64,000 bases of DNA from Octopus sinensis (taxonomy: Eukaryota): assembly GCF_006345805.1 (NCBI RefSeq), contig NC_043002.1, positions 43,400,001-43,464,000 of the forward strand, written 5' to 3'. Position numbers and translations under genes: made by a program. Shown here in pieces: positions 24,905 through 36,771 of the stretch (position 1 is the first letter of the stretch; the number at the start of each line of letters is the position of its first letter). Under the pieces are notes generated by a model that saw only the letters and a program-made list of their open reading frames with translations, searched no databases and was not told the origin of the DNA.

Positions 24905-24985
24905 ACCTTGTCTCTGATGAGGGTATAACCAGTGCACGGACATGTTAACCAGCTAGTTGCGCTATCTCCGAAACAGGTGTAAGGC
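24905..24985 (+). ncRNA. Degenerate type I hammerhead ribozyme motif, Penelope-associated
   Basis: GTCT-CTGATGA-GGGTATA...TATCTCC-GAAA-CAGGTGTA-AGGC. The catalytic boxes are in the correct order, helix III is near-palindromic (ACAGGTGT), and the GUA cleavage triplet and a 4-bp helix I are present. Confidence 0.5.
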
Positions 24986-25214
24986 TTCAAATTCACCTTA
25001 CCCCAATTAAATTATTCTAAATGACTTGAGATACTCGATCTGCTTTGGTTTTGATTTTCCTCTTACACACACACACACACACACACATACACACACACAG
25101 AGACACACGCACGCACACACACATATAATAATAATATAAATGATATATAAATATATTCATATATACATACATGTATGTATATACCTACATATATATGTAT
25201 ATATAAATGCATAT

Positions 25215-25365
25215 GTCGGTACAGGACATATAAAAAACATAGGCAAAATGAGAAACGAGAACATAAAAAACATAGAAAACGAACTTTTTTCGAAGAACGA
25301 AAAAAACAAGCAAACAGAAACGAGACATGCAACATAAGGAACATTCCCTTCATCAGTTGTCCCCG
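25215..25365 (-). repeat. Dispersed repeat carrying CTGATGAAGGG, probably Penelope-related; other copies at 33565-33695 (+) and 55040-55200 (-)
   Basis: All three share CA[AG]CTGATGAAGGG..GTTC.TT.TGTT followed by a T-rich segment. Confidence 0.65.
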
Positions 25366-25794
25366 CATTTGCGAGTGCCTGGTGTTTATGTAAAACATAA
25401 AGCGCCGTTGTTGTACCGTTTTTGTCAGTAGTCGTAAGTATTGACCAGAAGGGTAAAACAGTGCTCAATACAAAAAGTAGAGCGTTATTTATGATTGTGA
25501 CACCTGCCACTTGACATCTGGGATCTTTTCAATTGTGTGGCCAGGAGCCCAGATCTTTCTACTTAACTAAATAATTTAAACTTCGTATCTGGTACAGTGT
25601 TTCAAAACAAGACCAGGTTGGAACTAGTTTATTGAGAAAAATCTATTTTATGACTTTATCGTAGATTAAAACTGCGAATTTTAACCAATGAGATTGCTTG
25701 TTTTCATATTTAATACGTTACTGCATTCTGTTAGTGTGACGTAGAAAGCAGTTTTGTGACGTAGAGATACATACATACACACACATACATACAG

Positions 25795-26205
25795 ATACAC
25801 ATACACCGAGTATTCACTCGAAAAAACTAAACACTGAATCGGCAATACATACATGTGTGACACACACACACATACACACATAGATACACACACACACACA
25901 CACATACATACACACACATACATACATAGATACATACACACACACACATACATACACACACATACATACATAGATACATACACACACACACACATACATA
26001 CCGATACACATACACCGAGTATTCACTCGAAAAACTAACACTGAATCGGCCAAAATACATACATACATACATACATACATACATACATACACACACTACA
26101 CACACATACACACACACACACACATACATAGATACATACACACACACATACATACATACATTCATACATACATACATTCATACATCTACACATACACCGA
26201 GTAAA
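25795..26205. repeat. Tandem repeat with a ~200-bp period: a unique core plus CA/TA microsatellite
   Basis: CATACACCGAGTATTCACTCGAAAA..CTAA.CACTGAATCGGC at ~25800 and ~26009, and a partial core at ~26191. Confidence 0.85.
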
Positions 26206-26666
26206 ATTTTCATCATCGTTATTGTTTTGTTTACATTGTTTACATACCATATGTTTACTACGTCACCAAATTGGTGGTCGAGACGGAGTAAATAATATGA
26301 AGCCGAAAGACGGAATCCCATTGGTTAAAATTCTAATTATTAAACAATGTTAAACTTAGAAGTCACAATTCCGTTTTCATTCTGGTTTACAATTAAGTTT
26401 ACTTTTGACACATTCTACCAGTATACGAAGTTTCAAATTGTTTGGTTCAGTAGGAAAAATTTGGAAAAACTGGCTTCACAAATGAAAAGATCCGACATCT
26501 GATTATTCGAACTTTATGTGAAATTTGAATAGCCAGTTTCGAGGTACCAGCTGTTACAAATCATCCATACGAACTTATGTACGTAGTACATACATACATG
26601 TGTACACACACATATATACATATATATATATACACATTCATTCATATATACACACACACCACACAA

Positions 26667-26708
<42 letters not shown>

Positions 26709-26784
26709 ATGTATTATATATATATCTATATCTCTCTATCTCTCTCTCTTCTCTCTCTCTCTTTATCTATATATATATATATAT

Positions 26785-26830
<46 letters not shown>

Positions 26831-27936
26831 ATGTAGGTATGTATGTATTCATATATGTGAATAAAAGTAATTAAAGGCTAGTATGTGATCAGCAAAGACA
26901 AATATGGGATGCTCACTTTTATGCCATCAGCGACTCTGAGTTATTTTTCATAGCATATTTTAGTTTCATTTATGCAGGAAATAACATTGGAGAGATGGTG
27001 TGCTGATGATGCATACTGAGTAAGGAACACACGTCTGCACTTGTTCTTTTGTCTCCGGATTGTCACACTGTCATTTCCCAACTGGTATATCAATTTTGGA
27101 GTCCTTTTTAACCTTGAATTTTTACTCCTATGAAGTTGGTCCTAATTTCTAACAAGCGATTATACATACACACACACGCGCGCGCGCGCGCACACACACA
27201 CACGCACATACACACACACACACACACATAAAAGTTAAGGAATGGAGTGGATAAGATCCGGACTATATATGTTTCATAGCAAGCGGAACCTCGGAAGTGG
27301 TAAATATCCAAGTGAGGTGTATACCGCTGGCTACTCTTCAGACCAAGGATATCTTGATTAAATGAAAGTTTACATTTAGTTTCATTTATTCAAATTCCCT
27401 AGAACATCTCTGCAGGGGATAACGTTGGACAGCTGGTGTGCTGACGACATACATACATGCATGCATACACACACATACGCATATATATATATATACATAT
27501 AATAAATTTCCATAATTAATTAATAATTATAATTGAGGACACACAAGGCACCAACGTTACTGTTAATAAGAGTCGAAAAATACTCTAATAAGCCACTGTT
27601 TCACTGGAAACACAACAGGCCGGGAAGAATCGAGAAATTAACTTACCAATGCGGCTGATAGTCGCAAATGAGATTACAGATATTTCTGTATCATATGATT
27701 TCGAACTTTGAAATTACTCTCAGTTACAAATAATAATAATTGAGAACTTTGAAATTGCTCTCGATTATGACCATTAATAATAATCTCTATATTTATTTAT
27801 GTATGTAAAATTATACACTGAAATCGTTTTGAATTTGCCGCTGGTTTTTCAACGATCAACAGGCACGACGAAGCGAGTAAAGATTTGCTGGTATATTTCT
27901 TGTGCCTAGAGTAGAAAAGATTATTAGTAGTATTTA

Positions 27937-28059
<123 letters not shown>

Positions 28060-28163
28060 GAGGTCACAGAAAATGAGAAAGCAACCATACTCTGGGATAT
28101 GCCAATGCACACAGAGAAATTATGGCCAATAGGCCAGATATAGTTGTCAGAGATCATCAAGTA

Positions 28164-28165
<2 letters not shown>
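28060..28165 (+). mobile_element. Fragment of a restriction-like-endonuclease non-LTR retrotransposon (R4/Dong or NeSL-like)
   Basis: EVTENEKATILWDMPMHT, a frameshift, then EIMANRPDIVVRDHQ. This is the LWD...RPD segment before the PD-(D/E)xK catalytic motif. Confidence 0.75.
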
Positions 28166-28207
<42 letters not shown>

Positions 28208-28370
28208 ATTATATATATATGTATATATACAGAGGTGGGCAAAAAATATATATATATAATATATATATATATATATAATATGTATATATACAGAGGTTGG
28301 GCAAAATATATATATATATTATATATATATATATATATATTATATATATTATAATATATATATGTATATA

Positions 28371-29700
28371 TACAGAGGTTGGGCAAAATAATAGGAACAC
28401 ACCTTAAAATTTCAAACAATTATTTATTTTAATATGGTGTAGGACCACCTTTGGCAGTAATCACAGCTTGGATTCTACGAGGTATTGTCTCGTACAAATT
28501 TTTTAATTGTTTCCAAAGGAACTTTGTCTTTCCTTCAGCTAAAACAACCTCCAATTCTTGTAGTGATGATGATAGAGGATATCGACTCCTTGCTTGTTTT
28601 TCTAAAATGCACCATAAATGTTCAATAATATTGAGATCTGGGGACTGTGGTGGCCAGATAAGACGTTCAACTTCACTAGAATGTTCCTCGTGCCATTCAG
28701 TAACAACTTTAGCTTTGTGAATTGGTGCATTATTATCCTGAAAGATTGCGTTTCCCTCCCGAAATAGTTCCGCAACCATAGGATGAATTTGATCAGATAA
28801 AATGCTTAAATAGTCTTTATTAATTCTGCCATGAAAGGAGACCATTGGGCTGGCGGATTTCCAAAATATAACCCCCCACAGATAATCATAGATCCTTCTC
28901 CATGTTTAACAGTTGGAAGAAGGCAGTCTGGGTCAATCGCTTCTTTTGGCTGTCTCCACACGTATACTCGACCGGTGCTCGGAAATAGGTAGGTAAAGGA
29001 TGACTCGTCCGAGGAACTAACATTCTTCCACTGCTCTAGAGACCAATTCTGTAGGTTTTTTCTCCACTCTAAACGCTTTGCGATGTTTGTTTTTGAAAGT
29101 AGTGGTTTTCTGATTGCAGCCCTCCCGTGAAATCCGGCTTTGTGCAGCTCCCGGCGAACAGTTTTTGTGAAAACTGGGTTCTCGAGGGGGTCATTAATAT
29201 CTGCAGTAATTTTGGGGGCTCTACTTTTGTGATCTTTTCTAATAATTCGCATAAGAGTCCGACGGTCCCTATCTGAAAGTTTTGGTTTTCTTCCAGAGTT
29301 TTGTTTCGATGAGGAGGTTTTTCCCTCTTTCTCAAAGTCTGTCATTACTTTCGAGACAGTCCTTCCTGATACACCAAACATTTCGGCTGTTTTCGTTACA
29401 CTAACGCCTGCCATACGAGCACCAACAATTTAACCTCTTTGAAAGTCCAATAGATCTGTCATTTTAATGAATTTTTCCTGATGATATCTGAAAAGAAACA
29501 ATGTTAGCAAAACATAAGCAACACTAATAATAATAATAAAAAAAAACCCATAAAAATAAACAAGCATTTGGCGGTTTAATAGATGACTTTGGAGCTCGGT
29601 CAAATATTTGCACATTCTATTGCATAATACACACATGTGCTGGCTGGCAGGTGTAAAAGGCGTCACACTATAAACTCTTTTGACATGGCTTTTCAATCCT
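28371..29700 (-). mobile_element. Tc1-family (DD34E) transposon; transposase pseudogene 28429-29462; only one TIR visible
   Basis: MTDLLDFQRG*IVGARMAG..GRKPKLSDRDRR..RKPLL..WKNVSSSDESSF..TVKHGEG, then FQDNNAPIH..WPPQSPDLNIIEHLW..IPRRIQAVITAKGGPTPY*. The TIR TACAGAGGTTGGGCAAAATAATAGGAACAC lies at 28371. The other end is not seen before the gap. Confidence 0.93.
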
Positions 29701-29847
29701 CCAACTGAAAAGCACACCTTTCCAAAGGTTGTACATGTTCTGTTCTGAACAATAGCGGTTCACAGTTTAGAAGGGATTGATTTCTGTGAGTTCTCTGATA
29801 GCTGACCAGGCCTACGTGACTCAAGCATTTCTTCCTACAAATTATAC

Positions 29848-29947
29848 NNNNNNNNNNNNNNNNNNNNNNNNNNNNNNNNNNNNNNNNNNNNNNNNNNNNN
29901 NNNNNNNNNNNNNNNNNNNNNNNNNNNNNNNNNNNNNNNNNNNNNNN
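29848..29947. other. Assembly gap (100 N)
   Basis: Run of N. Confidence 1.
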
Positions 29948-30084
29948 AAACTATTAAAATCCAGGACGACCAAGTTGAAATCATAGTTCTATAATAATAT
30001 AAATATCAGATAAAGTAAGTTACAATGGTTTTCGATTATGAACATCATATTCAAGTTATTTTTAAGCACAATATAAGCACTGGT

Positions 30085-30249
30085 TTGATGGCGTGGTTCA
30101 AAATTTCCCTTTGCTGTCAAGTGCTTTCGGTTTGGCCACATTGTGCGGTACCTTGGACAAGTGCCTTCTACTATAGTCTCGGGCCAACTAATGCCTTGTG
30201 AGTGAATTTGGTTGACCTAAACTGTGGAAGCTCGTTGTATATATATATA

Positions 30250-30292
<43 letters not shown>

Positions 30293-30575
30293 GTGTCTGT
30301 GTCTGTGTGCGTGCGTGCGTGCGTGTATGTATGTATGTATGTATGTATGTATGTATTATGTACGTACGTGTGTGAGTGTGTTTGTGTATTTGTGTGTCTG
30401 TTTGTCCCCACGCTTCTCCTTGAGTATCGCTGTTTTTTTTTGTACGACCTGGTAACTTAGCAGGAAAGAAAGGCCGATAAAATAAGTACCAGGCTTAAAA
30501 ATAGCTCTGGGGTTGGATTTGTTCGACTAAAACCTTTGAGGCGGTACTTCAACACGGTTGTTCTATACTAAACGA
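30085..30575 (+). mobile_element. SINE family A, diverged, with an expanded internal microsatellite
   Basis: CCTTGGACAAGTGCCTTCTACTATAGTCTCGGGCC core and AATAAGTACCAGGCTT tail. Confidence 0.8.
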
Positions 30576-31770
30576 AACAAATAAAAGATTACATATAAAT
30601 AATCAAAAATTGAAAATGTGTATCGAAACGAATTCGACCTTGTCTTTTTCTTTTTGTTTTTCTTTTTTCCATCACATATACTCATAAATTATCTAATTTA
30701 AACAAATCTTAAAATCGGTTCAGATATGTTTGTGAAATATTTCATTAGTAAGACGGTCATTTTTTTTACTGTGGTTTATACCATGGAAATAATTCTCGCT
30801 GTAGGCAATAAGTGTCAAAGCACCATCACTCATCGCAGGTCACCTTCTTGTTATCTGATAAGTGTATTTCTAGCTCTGAGGCTATCGTCTGCACCGTGTA
30901 GTATGCTAAAGTGGTAACACTGAAGTGGCTTTGGATTCTATACCTTCGCTTACAGAAAAAAACATTTACCGATTCGTACGATTAGCCACCAGGCTAGAAT
31001 AAGTTATATATCATGTACGCTAAAGCAGTGTTACGAACTAAACAAACTTTTAAATCAGTTCAAATATGTTTGTAACATATTTTGACCCCTATAAAGGTTA
31101 TTTAATTTAATTCGTTTATAGCATGTTATAATTGGTCATCAAAAATATTACTATAAAACAGCCGTCATTTTTTACTTCCTTGAGAAGAAATTCCATCGGA
31201 GTCTACTTTTCCTTTTATGCTTCCAGGATCAATTAAATAAAGTACCAGTCAAATAGACGATATTGGTTAATCCACTCCCATAAAAATTACTGATCTTCAA
31301 CTGAAATTAGAAACAATTATTTAAGCTATCTCTTTTATTTTAGCAGTTTATCATTATTATATCTTTTACTTCAAACTCATAATGATTATTTCTTTATAAA
31401 AGACATTATAACAAATCGAAGCAGCTATTTATTCCCTAACAACTGCTGTTCCTAACAGTTGTTGTTCGCTGCTGTAAACATTTATACTTGTAAATATTTT
31501 CTCGTTATATAAGAAACGAAAATAATATTACGAATTATTTCTTTGTAAAAATAGAAAGTACATCTTGTAAATTGTTTGTAGGATGATATTATCTGAACCA
31601 TCGTACGTAAGGAAGTGCTCTAAAAACAAAAAGACGAAAAGAAGTAAAGTGCATATAATTATTTTTGTTCTTATAGCGAAAAGCACAAAGTAAACAGTAT
31701 GCATTTACAAATCATGTTCACGACCCGGTTTCGCCTCCCATTTAAAATAATCTTTTTTCTGTGTGTGTGT

Positions 31771-31803
<33 letters not shown>

Positions 31804-32078
31804 TTGCAACTCAATGTATTTTCAAGTTCTCTTTTTAACAAACTGATATGCATGATTCAGATAAAATCGTTCCAATACACTGAATGCGTGAAACATTAAA
31901 ATACTAATTTGAGAGATATATTTAGTGAATAAATAAATAGTGAATTAGTCAATGACGGGATACCGCTCCAGATTATTTTGACCTTATTTTGATCATATTA
32001 GTGAGACATATCTTTCACCGCACTTGCTGATGTAGTAATGTAAAATAAAAAAATAAATAGATAAAATAATCCCCAAAT

Positions 32079-32474
32079 AGGCGTAAGAGTGGCTGTGTAG
32101 TAAGTAGCTTGCTTACGAACTACATGGTTTCGGGTTCAATCCCACTGCGTGGCACCTTGGGCAAGTGTCTTCTACTATAGCCTCGGGCCGACCAAAGTCT
32201 TCTGAGTGGATTTGGTAGACGGAAGCTAAAAGAAGCCCGTTGTATATATGTATGTATATATATATATATGGATATGTTTGTGCATCTGTGTTTGTCCCCC
32301 CAACATCGCTTGACAACTGATGCTGGTGTGTTTACGTCCCCATAACTTAACAGTTCGGCAAAAAGACTGATAGAGTAAGTACTAGGCTTACAAAGAATAA
32401 GTCCTGGGGTCGATTTGCTCGACTAAAGGCGGTGCTCCAGCATGGCCACAGTCAAATGACTGAAACAAGTAAAT
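32079..32474 (+). mobile_element. tRNA-derived SINE family A, near-consensus full-length copy
   Basis: A box TGGCTGTGTAGTAAG, B box GGTTCAATCC, CORE-like CCTTGGGCAAGTGTCTT, internal TA/GT tract and tail GCTCCAGCATGGCCACAGTCAAATGACTGAAACAAGTAAA. Confidence 0.92.
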
Positions 32475-33708
32475 GAGTATGAGTAATGAGTAAATAAATA
32501 CACAATAAGCTTGGTTGTCGGTTTAAGATAACAGAATTGCTTAGAAATTAAAAGGTTCAAAATTTCACTTGGTTGGGAGAATATGACGTTTCAAATCAAT
32601 GGCGTTCGAGATTTTCTGTGAAGTCTTCTCGTAAAACATTCGGTAAAATTTGAGAACAATTTAGGCGGGAATAATTCAGCCATCAAAACTGATATGGAAA
32701 TTCTGACACTTTTCATCTTATCTAGACACAAAATAGTCCCATTTATGGCTTTAGGTATTCGGGGAAGGAAACAACATGATTATTAAAGCAATTTATTGAC
32801 TATCATCTCTCTTCTAAAACAAAAATTTGTCGCACAGTAAATGCAGATCTCAAAGTGACATCTAGTGTTTGGATGAAAATTTAATGTCTGTAAACTTAAC
32901 GTTGAAGAAGATCATATATAAAAAAAAAGGTTTTCTTTTGTAATGGAGACAATGCTGACACAAGTATGATTCACTAGAACTTGTGAAGATTTGCAATACA
33001 GTTGGAGTGACTCTATGTGGTAAAAATGAACTGACTTGTTGTACAGAAAGTGAATGTCAGACAACGATAATTTGATAATTGCTTTTCTACTGATAAGAAA
33101 GAGAGAGTAATTGGTGGGTGCTGAAGTTGTATGAGAGCTATTCAAATCTTTTGTAAAGGCTCAATAAAAATACAGAAAAACAATTATATATGTGTCTGTG
33201 TGTGTACGTATGCATGCATGCAAGAATGTATGTATGTTATATATATATGTGTACGTTTGGGTATTCGTGTGTGTGTATGTTTGTATGCGTGAGCGTATGT
33301 ATGTTTGTGTCTCCTTGCATTAACGTTATGTGATAGTTTTATGTGAGAATGTTTGGCAATAAGAAGGCCATTCGGCCATAGAAAATCTTCCGCATCGAAT
33401 TCTGTCCCACCAATGCAAACATGAAAAAAGGGGCATAAAATGGATAATGATGTTACACACACACACACACAGAGCATCATCGTAAACATGAAATACGAAA
33501 ACAACATGGATCACGAAATACGAAAACATGGTCGTGAATTGTTCTTAATGTGGAGTAAATAAACAGCCGACAGCTGATGAAGGGATGTTCTTTATGTTAC
33601 TTGTCTTGTTTTCCATTTATTTCTTTCGTTGTTCGCATACTCAGGTTTGCCTTCGTATTTCATGTTGTTTACGTTTTGTAACGTCCGGTACCCATATATG
33701 CATATATA

Positions 33709-33742
<34 letters not shown>

Positions 33743-33791
33743 TGGTTTTAAATTGATATTAAAATTAATATTAATTTATCTCCCTCATTAT

Positions 33792-33857
<66 letters not shown>

Positions 33858-33900
33858 TGTAAGTACGTTACATATATGTATGTATATATGCATATATATA

Positions 33901-34585
33901 TCACCTTGATCACCTTGACCGACCAGTCCGTCAGGCGTCTATTTGACACCGCTGGTCACAGCACGCTGTCCACTCCTCTCTGGATCGCGCCTTTCTCATC
34001 CACGTGATCCCAATCGGCCTCCTGAAATCGCCACTCCACCGTCGTGGAGGTCTTCCGAGTGGTCTTTTCCGCTCGCGCGGGTACCACTCGAAAGCTCCGT
34101 GCGTCCACCGATTATCGGTGAGCCGGGCGACGTGTCCAGCCCATCTATACTTGCTGCGTGTATACTCTGCGATGACATCTCTCACGCCGGACTTCTTTCT
34201 GATGATCTCTCTACTTATGTGCTCTCTCAACGAGATACCAAGCATTGACTTTTCCATGGCTCTTTGAGTCGTTACCAGTCTTTGCTCTTCTCTCTTTGTG
34301 GCAGCCAATGTTTCACTACCATATAACATTGCAGGCAGAACTGCACTGTTAATGAGGTTGGCGCGGGTGGTCCTGTCCAACCTTCTCTTGAGCACATCCC
34401 TTATGCCATTAAACGCCTTCCATCCGGCCCTTACTCTCCGTGAGATCTCCTTTTCGATATCTCGGCACATATTTACTTCCTGTCCCAGGTAGACATATTC
34501 CCTTACCTCCTCTATTTCATTACTGCCGATCACCATTCGACCTGTTGGTACGTTGTTTTCATGCGGTTCATCTTGAGACCTACTG
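33901..34585 (-). mobile_element. RTE-1-type LINE 3' end with an uninterrupted 201-aa ORF2 C-terminus and a (TCAAGGTGA)n tail
   Basis: EVREYVYLGQ..EISRRVRAGWKAF..VLPAMLYGSET..RWAGHVAR..WYPRERKRPLGRPPRRW..; a very short 3' UTR with a tandem tail. Confidence 0.95.
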
Positions 34586-34615
34586 CATATATATATATAT
34601 CTATATCTATATATA

Positions 34616-34660
<45 letters not shown>

Positions 34661-34700
34661 TATTATATATATATATATGTATATATTATATATATTTGTA

Positions 34701-34752
<52 letters not shown>

Positions 34753-34817
34753 GAAAAAGAGAGAGAGGAGAGAGAGAGAGAGAGAGAAGAGAGGAGTGAG
34801 TGAGTGAGTGAGTTCTT

Positions 34818-35022
34818 GTGCTGAAGAGTTCTTGGTTTCGGATAACAGAAAATACAGGAGGATCAGTTAATTATGATTTTATTTTACATATTCCCCTCTC
34901 AGACTCACACACTTATACTAGCAGTCCTTTTCTTTTCTTTAGCCGCCTGCAAAAAAGCCTCGAACCTGGTCTTTTGAGATACCATTAAAACCAGGAATTT
35001 TCATTTTCATCACCCCCCGTAT
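34818..35022 (-). mobile_element. mariner-derived MITE of ~205 bp
   Basis: TIR remnants GTGCTGAAGAGTTCTTGGTTT and AAACCAGGAATTTTC..CATCACCCCCCGTATA. The interior keeps the transposase C-terminal remnant KCVSLRGEYVK*. Confidence 0.65.
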
Positions 35023-35027
35023 AATAT

Positions 35028-35073
<46 letters not shown>

Positions 35074-35127
35074 ACCAAGTTTCAGTTTCCACACAGTTCT
35101 ATGTGCCAAATTCCATTCAGAATGCAT

Positions 35128-35455
35128 TGCTGAAAGCGCGTTGCTTAGTGGTTAGGGCATTCGGCTCACGATTGTAAGGTCATGAGTCCGATTCCCGGTG
35201 GCTCGTTATGTCCTTGAGCAAGATATTTTATTTCACGTTGCTCCAGTTCTCTTATCTGGCAAAAATGAATTGTACATGTATTTCAGAGGGCCAACTTGGT
35301 CACATTCTGCATCACGCTGAATCAACCTGAGAACTACGTTAAGAGGTACGCGTGTCTGTGGAGCAGGCAGCCACTTGCACGCTAGTTTGAAGACCGGGCT
35401 GTTCCGTTGATCGTATGAACTGGAACCCACGTCGTCGCAAGTGGCGAAGCACCAG
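35128..35455 (+). mobile_element. tRNA-derived SINE, third family
   Basis: A box TGCTTAGTGGTTAG, B-box-like GAGTCCGATTCCCGG and core CCTTGAGCAAGA..TTTATTTCACGTTGCTCCAG; related to 60705-61052. Confidence 0.75.
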
Positions 35456-36521
35456 TTACATTGGTTAACTTGATACAACACAAAAAGGCACCAAAGCTTT
35501 GTTGTGAAATTGAACCCGGAATATTCCTATTGTGTAGTTATGTTTGTGTATCAGACTAATTTTGTCATTATAATCGTCAAGCTGAATTCAACCAGATCAC
35601 ATTAAAGTCGAATTAGTAATAGACCTTGTAAGTCAGAAGCACATAACTTATGCGAAATTCTCTTCACTCAAGTTTGATGTCTTAAACATTTATATGAATA
35701 CTAATTTTTGTTTACGTTCACATTCGTATACCAGTTTTCATTTTACATTTAAATAAACTTAGTTCGTATATTTACTTGTTAATATATTTATCTTACTCTT
35801 TTTTTTTTTACATCCTCTAGTTGTTTAAGTTTTTGTTTTTGTTTAGATAACTACATTTAACAACATAACATTCTGACAGATGTCATTTGAATTTTAGGGC
35901 AATAACATTACTACTTCCTTGAAGTTAATAGATTCTGCGGAGACCTTCAGTTAAATATAGCTTTAAATTCACCTCACGGTCAAAACTCTTTTGTTTGTTT
36001 CATTGTTACTTTGAGTTTATAGTTAAGGGCAGAAAAATTAAAGTCTATTCACTCCTGCATTTTCTTTAGATGCCGTGAACTATAAAGTTACTTTCCATTT
36101 TATTAAAGTCACATGTTCTTGGCTGCATTCCTTTAGAGCATCTACCAATGCACACAAACACGTACATACAGGAATATACAGATTCACATAAATACATACA
36201 AACAGAGATAAGTGTGTAAAGGCAAACATACATACAAACACGCGCACACATACTTATATAAATACACGCATGCATACGTACATACATACATTACACACAC
36301 ACATACGGATTAGAAATGAAAATGACAAGGAAATAAGAAATAATGGCATGAACTTTATTAGCTTACAACTGTTTCTGCGATATGATATAATGCATTCACT
36401 GTTGAATTCTTGTGTATCACTGTTACGGGGACGTAAATACATTAGCATCGGTTGTCATGTGACGTTGAGGGCCAAACAGGCACACAAATATATACATATA
36501 CATACACACATACATACACAA

Positions 36522-36563
<42 letters not shown>

Positions 36564-36698
36564 GTATATATATTTATATATGAGGATAATATCGATATTT
36601 AAGTATCAATATTACTTAACGTGGTTTTTATAGTCAGAATTTCGACTGCTATTTCGGCATGTTGGTGTCTCTCAGACACCCTCATTTTTAATTATATG

Positions 36699-36769
<71 letters not shown>

Positions 36770-36771
<2 letters not shown>

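Noticed and set aside
25510-25570. SGIFSIVWPG read, considered as SLC7 exon 2
   Set aside because: There is no AG acceptor at the required position, the sequence departs from GSGIF(I/V)SP, and a stop follows shortly.
30700-31180. Diverged direct repeat about 340 bp apart (AAACAAA..AAATC.GTTCA.ATATGTTTGT)
   Set aside because: It is a short, AT-rich old local duplication with no further structure.
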